DNA from: Macrostomum lignano
Lineage: Eukaryota
Reading direction: 5' to 3'
Assembly: GCA_002269645.1 (NCBI GenBank)
Contig: NIVC01001360.1
Span: 1-64,000 of the forward strand
DNA: 64,000 bases
The notes below the pieces were generated by a model, which worked only from the letters and a program-made list of their open reading frames with translations, was not told where the DNA came from and ran no database searches. Position 1 is the first letter of the stretch. Each line of letters starts with the position of its first letter. Shown one piece after another: positions 42,950-64,000 of this stretch. Position numbers and translations under genes: made by a program.

Positions 42950-43600
42950 GGCTACTCACTCACTATCCCATTCACAGACTGCTCACTCACTATCCCATTC
43001 ACAGACTGCTTACTCACTATCCCATTCACAGACTGCTCACTCACTATCCCATTCACAGACTGCTCACTCACTATCCCATTCACAGACTGCTCACTCACTA
43101 TCCCATTCACAGAATGCTTACTCACTATCCCATTCACAGAATGCTTACTCACCATCCCATTCACAGAATGCTTACTCACTATCCCATTCATGCTCACTCA
43201 CTATCCAATTCTTGCTCACTCACTATCCCACTCATGCTCACTCACTATCCCATTCATGCTCACTCACTATCCCATTCATGCTCACTCACTATCCCACTCA
43301 TGCTCGCTCACTATCCCACTCATGCTCACTCACTATCCCACTCATACTCACTCACTATCCCACTCATGCTCACTCACTATCCAATTCATGCTCACTCACT
43401 ATCCCATTCATGCTCACTCACTATCCCACTCATGCTCACTCACTATCCCACTCATGCTCACTCACTATCCCACTCATTCTCACTCACTATCCCACTAATT
43501 CTCACTCACTATCCCACTCATACTCACTCACTATCCCACTCATGCTCACTCACTATCCCAGTCATGCTCACTCACTATCCCATTCATGCTCACTCCCGCA
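42950..43600. repeat. ctcactcactatcccat-based minisatellite upstream of the GLUT gene
   Basis: 27-nt units followed by 22-nt units. Confidence 0.9.
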
Positions 43601-43706
43601 CCGCTCGCACTCAGCCTGCGCAGCTCAAGCAGCCGCAGCCCCCCCCCCACAGGCACCGGCCGCCCCCATTGGCTGGCCGAGCCGGGGTGGCTGGTCGCAC
43701 CCAGGC

Positions 43707-43712
43707 TATAAA
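43707..43712 (+). promoter_or_regulatory. Possible TATA box of the SLC2A gene
   Basis: TATAAA in GC-rich context about 120 nt upstream of ATG 43831; no transcript data. Confidence 0.3.
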
Positions 43713-43830
43713 CTTGGCTCGGTGCGGGCCAGCCTGATAAGCCCTCAAAGTTTCTTCGGCAAGCAGCAAGGAGAACTGGAACTTCAGTTTCAGCCAAGCA
43801 CCCGGCAACCACTGCAGACGGACCGGCAAG

Positions 43831-46800
43831 ATGAGCACTTGGAGTGTCCCGCACAACTTCATCCACAGCACCCATGAACTGGACGTGAAGGCCGACCCGA
43901 CCATGGCCTCAATTGTGAGTCTGGGCACCATCGGGCTCACGATGCAGAGCTGATACTGCAAAAGCACAGCTGTATAGCTTTAACTAACCAGCAAACTCTG
44001 TGTTTCCAGGAAAGTGAATCCATGGGCACCGAGGTAACTCAAGGTGTCTATTTCAATACAGCATGCAAAAGCAACATGTAGTGCATGCCGGAAAATAGGG
44101 CAAATCAAATAGCAGATCTCTCACTAAGCTTGCACCTGATGCTGAAGAGCTGCCTTCATTTAAAAACAAACCTCAGGCTGGCTGAGGCAATGAGGCCAAT
44201 GAAAGCTTCAAGTGGCGCACCTGCGCGCACCTCAGCCAGCCTGTAAACAGAGTTTTACAACGCAGGTCCCCCGGCCTCTGCACCGCCTGCCCCCCACCGG
44301 GGCGTGTTGCGGGGGTGCGCCGCCACGTGATGCCTGCAACTTGGGAGTGAATATTTGTCCAGTTTTGCATGACTTCATTCGCGAAGATTTGTTGTTAAAG
44401 GTTAAAAATTTGTCAGGTCACTTCAAAGAGACCGCAAATGCAATAAATGTCACAGTGAAGTGCCTGTCAGGGAAAATAGTGCAGGTCGAAATTGCTGCAG
44501 TTGCGAGCTGTCTGCACTCAATCAACTCCTGGTTTCCCTCCACGGGTTCCCGGAAGTTCTTTCTGTCTCACCAATCAAGTAGGAGCTGCCGTTCAGAAAT
44601 TGCCAACTTTTTTCCCACTGAGAGACAAAATATTGATTTCTTGGAAACAGCATCCTAAAATAGGCGGGTTGTACTGAATTTCTTGGAAATAGCATCCTAA
44701 AATGGGTGGGTTCTACTGAATTTCTTGGAAACAATATCCTAAAATGGGCGGGTTGTACTGAATTTCTTGGAAATAGCATCCTAAAATGGGTGGGTTGTAC
44801 TGAATTTCTTGGAAACAATATCCTAAAATGGGCGGGTTGTGCTGAATTTCTTGGAAACAGCATCCTAAAATGGGCGGGTTGTACTGAATTTCTTGGAAAT
44901 AGCATCCTAAAACTGCAGCAAATCCGAATTCCTGCACATCCGTTGTCTGAGCAGAATGGCAGTAAAACTTGCTCTCTCCGCAGTTGCACTGTCGTTGATG
45001 CCGCAGACTCACGGGCGCAACGCATGCCAGCTCTTACCCGTTCCGATCCCCCACCGAATTCCCCGCATGCCAGCTCTCACCCGTTCCGATCCCCCACCGA
45101 ATTCCCCGCATGCCAGCTCTCACCCGTTCCGATCCCCCACCGAATTCCCCGCATGCCAGCTCTCACCCGTTCCGATCCCCCACCGAATTCCCCGCATGCC
45201 AGCTCTCACCCGTTCCGATCCCCCACCGAATTCCCCGCATGCCAGCTCTCACCCGTTCCGATCCCCCACCGAATTCCCCGCATGCCAGCTCTCACCCGTT
45301 CCGATCCCCCACCGAATTCCCCGCATGCCAGCTCTCACCCGTTCCGATCCCCCACCGAATTCCCCGCATGCCAGCTCTCACCCGTTCCGATCCCCCACCG
45401 AATTCCCCGCATGCCAGCTCTCACCCGTTCCGATCCCCCACCGAATTCCCCGCATGCCAGCTCTCACCCGTCCCGATCCCCAACCGAATTCCCCACATGC
45501 CAGCTCTCACCCGTCCCGATCCCCAACCGAATTCTCCGCATGCCAGCTCTCACCCGTCCCGATCCCCAACCGAATTCTCCGCATGCCAGCTCTCACCCGT
45601 CCCGATCCCCAACCGAATTCCCCACGTGCCAGCTCTCACCCGTCCCGATCCCCCACCGAATTCCCCACCGCAGACCAGCCTGGCCAAGAAGACGCTGCGC
45701 AGGCAGGTGACGCCAATCATGCTGCTGACGGTGATTACGGCCGCCCTGTCCTCCACCATGTACGGCTACAACATGTCCAAACTCAACACGCCCTACGAGG
45801 TAAAGCGAAATTCCATGCTCGTTCTAACTACTTTTAGTAGAAATAAACGGGCAAAGACCTGAGGCAGCCGCCAATAACCTGCGTCCCCCTTCCCCCAGAT
45901 TCTGCTGAGCTTCATCAACACGACTTACACCGAGCGCAATGGCGTGGAGCCGGCGCCCACCTTCCTGACGCTGATTTGGTCCGTCATCATCTCCGCCTTC
46001 GTGGGCGCCGGCGCCCTCGGCTCATTCAGCAGTGGCGTGTTCGCTGAGAAGTTCGGCCGCAGGCGAGGCCTCTTCATCAACCACTTGCTCGCCTTCGCCA
46101 GCGCGGCAGCAGAGATGGCCGCCTACTACTGCAAGGTGTACGAGCTGCTCATCGTGGGCCGCGCGATCATCGGCTTCAACAGCGGTGAGTTCTGCAGAGC
46201 CAAGCAATTCGATTGAAGCACCTGGAAGCACGAGGTCACGGTCGTAACTTGATGACGTCACCCTTGTGGGCCCAAAGTTTCGCGGATTCTCACCAGGGGA
46301 TTCTCACCAGGGGATTCTCACCATGGGATTCTCACCTGGGGATTCTCACCATGGGGTTCTCACCAGGTGATTCTCACCAGGGGATTCTCACCAGGGGATT
46401 CTCACCAGGTGATTCTCACCTTGCCCAGCACGTTCCTGAAGCAGGCATTGAACTTCCATAGAGGGGAAATATTGGAACTTCCCGGGAAACTTCAGCTTTC
46501 AACCCTATTTCTCAGTCAAGTTTGGCTCTTTAGCGGCTTCGAGACCACATCGACCCAAATTGATTGATCTCACAGGCATTTCGCAGGGCCTGGTGTCCCT
46601 CTACATCGCGGAGGTGTCGCCCAAGCAGGTCCGTGGCGCCTTCCTCTCCTTTCACCAGATCGGCATCGTAATCGGCATCCTGCTGGGCCAGGTGCTCAGC
46701 CTGGAGTTCGTGCTGGGTGAGCGTCTGTCTGTTGTTTGAGCCAGGAAGACTTTATACTGAATTTGAAAGCTATGCAACTTAAGATGTACTTTTAAGTGAA

Positions 46801-49529
46801 CGAGCCGCACTACATGCTGAACTATGTGAGAGTACAAAGGCAGGCTGGGTGTACAGCACATGGGTGCATCTCTGGAACCCAATCACCCACTGCAGGCGGC
46901 GTCAACACGTGGCCATTCCTGTGCGGCTTCTCGGTGATGCCCTGCCTGCTGTCCTGCTGCCTGCTGCCCCTCTGCCCCGAGAGCCCCCGCTACCTGCTGT
47001 CCGTGCGCAAGGACGAGGCCGCCGCCAAGGCCGCTCTGCTGCGCCTCACCAGATCAAAGCACGCCGCCAAGGAGCTGCTGAACGAAATCCGCGAGGAGGA
47101 GAAAGTGGTGAGCAGCCGGCCCGACCTGTACGAGAGCTTCCAGTACCGGGACCTGTTCACGCGGCCGGAGCTGCGGCGCAGCCTCATGATGAGCGCCCTG
47201 CTGAACGTGAGCCAGCAGTGGAGCGGCATCAACGCCATCTTCGCGTACTCGCACTCCGTCTTCTACAACGCCGGCGTGGACCCCGAAGCCATTCAGTACG
47301 CCATCATCGGCACCGGCGTCATTAACGTTGTCGTCACTTTCATCAGCCTGGCGCTGATCGAAAAAGTCGGCCGCAGGAAGCTTCTACTGATCCCGAACTG
47401 GATCCTGGTAGGCAGCCTGCTGGTGCTGACGGCCTGCATCAACCAGCAGTCCAACTTCGCCTGGCTGAACTACTTCACCATCTGCATCATGCTGGCCTAC
47501 ATTGTCGGCTTTGGCCTGGGCTTTGGTGAGTCTGGGTGGATGTTTGGGTGGATGGGTTCCTGGCCCTTCGGAAACTTTAATACAACCGCACAGACTAGTA
47601 AAATGGTAAACGCTTGAGTAAGAGCTCTACAGACTTGAGTAGAAGCAAACAGACCTGAGTAGAAGCGAACAGACTTGAGTAGAATCGAACAGACTTGAGT
47701 AGAATCGAACAGACTTGAGTAGAAGCGAACAGATTTGAGTAGAATCGAACAGACTTGAGTAGAAGCGAACAGATTTGAGTAGAACCGCGTAAACTTTTCT
47801 CGCAGGCCCGCTCACCTCGATGATTACCTGCGAGACGTTCGAGCAGCAGGCGCGGCCTCAGGCGATGGCCGTCATCCAGACTGTGCACTACGTCAGCTGC
47901 TTCGTCCTCATGCTCACCTTCAAGTTCATGGAGGTGAGTGCTGTTCATCGCCTTCACGCTGGCAATTCAGTGCAGTCAGTGGCAATTCAGTGCAGTCAGT
48001 GGCAATTCAGTGCAGTCAGTGGCAATTCAGTGCAGTCAGTGGCAATTCAGTGCAGTCAGTGGCAATTCAGTGCAGTCAGTGGCAATTCAGTGCAGTCAGT
48101 GGCAATTCAGTGCAGTCAGTGGCAATTCAGTGCAGTCAGTGGCAATTCAGTGCAGTCAGTGGCAATTCAGTGCAGTCAGTGGCAATTCAGTGCAGTCAGT
48201 GGCAATTCAGTGCAGTCAGTGGCAATTCAGTGCAGTCAGTGGCAATTCAGTGCAGTCAGTGGCAATTCAGTGCAGTCAGTGGCAATTCAGTGCAGTCAGT
48301 GGCAATTCAGTGCAGTCAGTGGCAATTCAGTGCAGTCAGTGGCAATTCAGTGCAGTCAGTGGCAACTCAGTGCAGTCAGTGGCAATTCAGTGCAGTCAGT
48401 GGCAATTCAGTGCAGTCAGTGGCAATTCAGTGCAGTCAGTGGCAATTCAGTGCAGTCAGTGGCAATTCAGTGCAGTCAGTGGCAATTCAGTGCAGTCAGT
48501 GGCAACTCAGTGCAGTCAGTGGCAATTCAGTGCAGTCAGTGGCAACTCAGTGCAGTCAGTGGCAATTCAGTGCAGTCAGTGGCAATTCAGTGCAGTCAGT
48601 GGCAACTCAGTGCAGTCAGTGGCAATTCAGTGCAGTCAGTGGCAATTCAGTGCAGTCAGTGGCAATTCAGTGCAGTCAGTGGCAATTCAGTGCAGTCAGT
48701 GGCAACTCAGTGCAGTCAGTGGCAATTCAGTGCAGTCAGTGGCAATTCAGTGCAGTCAGTGGCAATTCAGTGCAGTCAGTGGCAACTCAGTGCAGTCAGT
48801 GGCAATTCAGTGCAGTCAGTGGCAATTCAGTGCAGTCAGTGGCAATTCAGTGCAGTCAGTGGCAATTCAGTGCAGTCAGTGGCAATTCAGTGCAGTCAGT
48901 GGCAATTCAGTGCAGTCAGTGGCAACTCAGTGCAGTCAGTGGCAATTCAGTGCAGTCAGTGGCAATTCAGTGCAGTCAGTGGCAATTCAGTGCAGTCAGT
49001 GGCAATTCAGTGCAGTCAGTGGCAACTCAGTGCAGTCAGTGGCAATTCAGTGCAGTCAGTGGCAATTCAGTGCAGTCAGTGGCAATTCAGTGCAGTCAGT
49101 GGCAATTCAGTGCAGTCAGTGGCAACTCAGTGCAGTCAGTGGCAATTCAGGCAGTTGCTGAGCAAATCCGACCTCCCCGCCTCCCACCCGCAGGCCGCCA
49201 TGAAGGAGTTCATCTTCATGCTGTTTGCCTGCATCGTTGCCGTGGCGACCACCTACCTGATGTTCTACCTGCCCGAGAGCGCCCACCGCAGCGTCAAGGA
49301 GGTTGTGGCCGACATCAAGGATGGCTGGCGCTGGCGGCCCTGCAACGGTTCGGACGGTGCCGAGTCCGAGGGCGCCGAGATCGCGCGGAAGCGCCGAAAG
49401 CGCGGCAGCAGTGGCACGTACATCAAGCGGGCCGACGCCCGGCCGGAGGACCTGCAGCTGCAGGCGGCGGTCACCACCCCGCTACGGAAGGCGGACTACG
49501 ATGCCGATGACGACCTGGAGGAGGCCTAA
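43831..49529 (+). CDS. SLC2A: Facilitated glucose transporter (SLC2A/GLUT family), 7-8 coding exons
   Basis: Exons 43831-43914, optional 44010-44033, 45674-45799, 45899-46184, 46576-46716, 46896-47525, 47806-47933, 49194-49529. Sugar-porter motifs KFGRR, YIAEVSPKQVRG, PESPRYL, QQWSGINAIFAYS, EKVGRR, LPES. Confidence 0.92.
44640..44910. repeat. 39-nt minisatellite (tgaatttcttggaaatagcatcctaaaatgggcgggttg)
   Basis: About 7 copies. Confidence 0.9.
45025..45670 (+). repeat. 43-nt pyrimidine-rich minisatellite ending at the 45673 acceptor
   Basis: gccagctctcacccgttccgatcccccaccgaattccccgcat, about 15 copies. Confidence 0.93.
47620..47785. repeat. 20-nt minisatellite (gaacagacttgagtagaagc)
   Basis: About 8 copies. 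Confidence 0.88.
47958..49150. repeat. 20-nt minisatellite (tggcaattcagtgcagtcag), about 59 copies
   Basis: Near-perfect array filling the last GLUT intron; source of 400-570 aa spurious ORFs. Confidence 0.97.
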
Positions 49530-51244
49530 GGCTGGGCTTGGGCTACAGCCACTGACTGCGAGCTGAATTTCCAGTCAACGAATGGCCTGGAAGAGTTGCA
49601 CGTACTTTGTAACTGTGCCTGCACAGACAGCTCTCTGCACTCCCGCAGCTCACAGTTGTGCCATAGAGCTGTGCACTGTAGCAGCTAGAATGAAACTCTG
49701 AGTTTGCTGGCTCATACAACAGGGATTGGCCATTGTATAGCAAAGCAATCACATTCAACCCCGTGTAGGCGGGAGTCCCCGGGGTTTCAAGAAGCTTCAT
49801 TCGACAGCACAAGGGTAGGGAGTTGATTTCCATCATCAGAAGAGTGTTAATTGCTTCCACTGGCTTTAGCATCAAAACAATGCTAAAAAACTTAGTAAAT
49901 TCACTTGGACAATCCGCAGCTTCTCGATGCAGATGTGCTGATTCTGTACTCCCGCCCGCGCAGGCCTCACTAATACCGTACCGCAGGCACTCGCAGCTTC
50001 AATACTCATTTCAAATCAATCATTGCTCTGTAGGGCCGCACTAATCCAAAACAGTTCGATTTTTCATTTCACTTGTTTGCTAAATTTTTGTTTTGCGTTC
50101 CCGCGCTTCATTTATTCATTCTGCGCCTCCGAATGAGCTTCGCCTAGCAAGCCGCTCCGCTCCGCCATCAATAAATCCTGCTCAAACCGTCCGCCCGGTC
50201 TTGAGTTTCATTTACGCGCAGATTTGTGTCACAAAGACGCCGCAGGCAATTGTGCCCGGCCGGCTGGTTTATCTGGCGTGTCGGGGCAGATTGATGAGAG
50301 CTGCCAGCACCTGTCAGTCACCCGGGCCGTACAACTGCAGGCGGGGCTCCCCTCTGGTGCAGATTTAAACTGGCGAGCTGGCATTGATAAGCGGTGGGTG
50401 TGCGATGCCACACCTGCCAGGTACTTGTTTCAGGTGGGCAGATTGACAGCTCGAATAGTGATTGTGCGGCTGTGCAAACAGCTGTGCCGCCACTCGTCAC
50501 GTGCGATGGCTTATCTGCGACAAACTATTGTATGCTATAGTAAGCGGAGATTAAGCAAGCAGAGCCAAAAACTGACCAGCAAGTTGTGGCTGCAAGTTTT
50601 GCAAGACTTACTGATTATATTCAGGACTGACAGCCTGTCAGTGAGAATCTGCTTCGGTCTTGCTGCACCGAAAGCCGCGTGAGCAGCGCAGTGACGAAGT
50701 GCAAATATATTCGGAAAGCAAATAAACAAAGGAGACGCTTAGGAAACTGCAGTGTGACGCCATTAGCGAGGCTTATAAAGAAGCTATAACAAGCATATAG
50801 CGGATTTGATCAACATCTGCTTGACTCTACTTACAGTAGCTTACCTGAAAATACAACGGATTTTTAAGTTGAAAGTGAAACGCTGCTGAAGTACATAGAA
50901 AAAATTACATCGGAAATTTTCCTGCAACCTGGGACTTGCGAGCAGCAAAGGGGTGCTCAACTGCAATTCTTTAAATGCCTGTATTGACATTTCTCCCCAC
51001 CTCTGCACTACAGGACTCAAACTGTTTGGCATGTGGTCGAGAGTTAATCAAGATAAACCAATTAAAACCCTCGTCCCTCTGCATCTCTGCCAACCCAGTG
51101 TGACAAATTTAGGAATTTTGGGTCTCGTGTCAGCCTCGAAAATATCAGATCCAGACGGACTCCAAAACAGTTACACGGCCAGGCCGAGATTGCATTTTCT
51201 GGCACCCCCGTTTCCACAGGATGCTTGCTGCCAGTTCCGGGCGG

Positions 51245-51408
51245 GTCAGTGGCAGGAGCTCAGCCGGGTCACCACAGCCGGGTCACCACAGCCGGGTCAC
51301 CACAGCCGGGTCACCACAGCCGGGTCACCACAGCCGGGTCACCACAGCCGGGTCACCACAGCCGGGTCACCACAGCCGGGTCACCACAGTCGGGTCACCA
51401 CAGCCGGG

Positions 51409-51424
<16 letters not shown>
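51245..51424 (-). repeat. 14-nt array duplicating the ATAT1 terminal codons and stop
   Basis: Minus-strand unit cccggctgtggtga corresponds to ..CGG CTG TGG TGA (R-L-W-stop); about 12 copies. Confidence 0.9.
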
Positions 51425-62448
<11,024 letters not shown>

Positions 62449-64000
62449 CCTTTAACTGTTGTATCAAATAAAAAAGATTAATAGGAAATCTAACGCATTA
62501 TGGAAAATAAATAAAACTAGAAACCAATGAAAGACGAACCAATGTAATGTAATCGTCATGGAATTTAAAAGTATTTCTAGATTTTATAAGTGTCCTGCGC
62601 GTCTATAGTTGTTTGGTCGATATTATCTTATTATTTTAATATAAAAATTTATTATTATTTCGTAGGTATAAGTTCCCTAAAGTTTGGACTATGTCGAATC
62701 TTAAGTGCCCATAAATTGTACCTTTGTTTCACTTTACTTTTCTAAGAAACAAAATATTTTCGATTCTGATTTTGTAGCCACGGTTGACCACCACCAGCAT
62801 TGCATGCATAGAGTCTTGATCGCACGCTTACGTCGCTTGCTCAGTCAGACAAATCGCCATCCTGTAAGCCTAAAGATTAGGCAAAAATATCTGTAATGCC
62901 GAAATCTAGGGAATTTTAGCCTCCGTGACTCTACATGCTACGCACGACGTCGACATGCAAATAGTGTAAATAAACTTGCCTAGCTAGTTTAGACTGTTTA
63001 GTTAAGCCTAGGCTACATTTGGTCTTCTATAATTTAGCTAGTTTAATTTAAGCTAAATAAAGATTGACTAAAGCTAGGAGCCCAACAAGTTTCCAATTGT
63101 TTAGCATTCTGTTTTGCTATTTAACACTATATAATTAGTTCAATATCCTATATTTTGTTTTATTAGATTATTTGCATCCTTGCAGCTTTAACTTGAATTT
63201 TGTTGCTTATGGCTATATATGGCTAGGCTAAGCAATTATAGAAATGAGCTATTTTTTTGTAGCAACTTAATGCATTAGTCTTATCTTTAGCACTAGTGAT
63301 GGCATCGGCATGGAGGCTGTGTTAATGTCCAATAACTGATGCAACAGCAAGCCCTGGATGCCCACTATAGGTCACTGTTCTACTATGCCCTGTGCATGCA
63401 CTACCCTGATACTGTGCCAACCAGGGACCTGATGACTTGCACTGGTGTTCTTGCGCTTAGCTGCACTAGGCTTATCCATAAATGCTGTTAGATGTTACTT
63501 GGCCACTGCCTAAGAAGCCACAGCCCAGACTCCGGATAGTATATATGTACGCCAGAATTTTTGGGTGTACAGAGGGACCTAGATTACACATTGGCATACA
63601 ACTTGGCATACAAAGGCGCCTGGCATGCCCTCTTGGAGTACAACTTGGTGTATAGAGATTGCCAAGACCAGCAGGTGGGACCAAAAGTTCTGAGTCCCAA
63701 CAATCAATCTACATAATTAGCATACAAAAATGATTAATTTTGCATTTGGTATAGTTTCCATGTACATAGTTACAGTAACAAAATTTTGATCAGAAAGAAT
63801 AGCCAGCCCTTTACAAAAAAAATAGAAAACTAAATAAATAAAAATGGGGTTTAACTTTTCCAAGAAAGTAAAAGTAAAACAAAAATAGTTAAAATGAACT
63901 AGTTCTCTACAGTTTAGTAAAAAGATTTTCAGTTATAACATATAGGATATTTGAATATTAAAATTTTGCAAGCTTTTGATATTAGTTGTAAATTGTAATT

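Noticed and set aside
47820-49529. 400-570 aa ORFs (also those at 28870-29755, 37470-38544, 51936-53031, 52854-54546, 58425-59377)
   Set aside because: They are translations of stop-free tandem repeats within introns, open in several frames and on both strands.

Overview
Eukaryotic (metazoan invertebrate) genomic DNA. The GC3-rich exons and minisatellite-filled introns resemble a Macrostomum-type flatworm, but the organism cannot be proven from sequence alone. I reconstructed nine protein-coding genes by hand, checking splice phases: an MFSD8-like transporter (-), RPL24 (-), selenoprotein S with UGA-Sec and a candidate SECIS (-), a C2H2 zinc-finger protein with a 1-nt frame break (-), FoxJ2/3 (+), a TRPC channel (+), an SLC2A/GLUT transporter (+), alpha-tubulin acetyltransferase ATAT1/MEC-17 (-), and a highly divergent alpha-tubulin (+). 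Also present are four C/D-box snoRNA copies upstream of RPL24, a non-LTR retrotransposon 3' fragment, a Penelope GIY-YIG fragment, a hAT MITE, a tRNA/CORE SINE and more than 30 intronic tandem arrays. Main finding: the divergent alpha-tubulin appears to be nested antisense inside an intron of ATAT1, the enzyme that acetylates alpha-tubulin K40. It keeps the K40-equivalent lysine, has an altered GTPase-activating loop and carries a repeat-built C-terminal tail. Second finding: several minisatellites are tandem copies of real splice donors, splice acceptors or the stop codon; in each splice-site array, every non-canonical copy leads to a premature stop. Most long ORFs in the supplied track are artefacts of tandem repeats.
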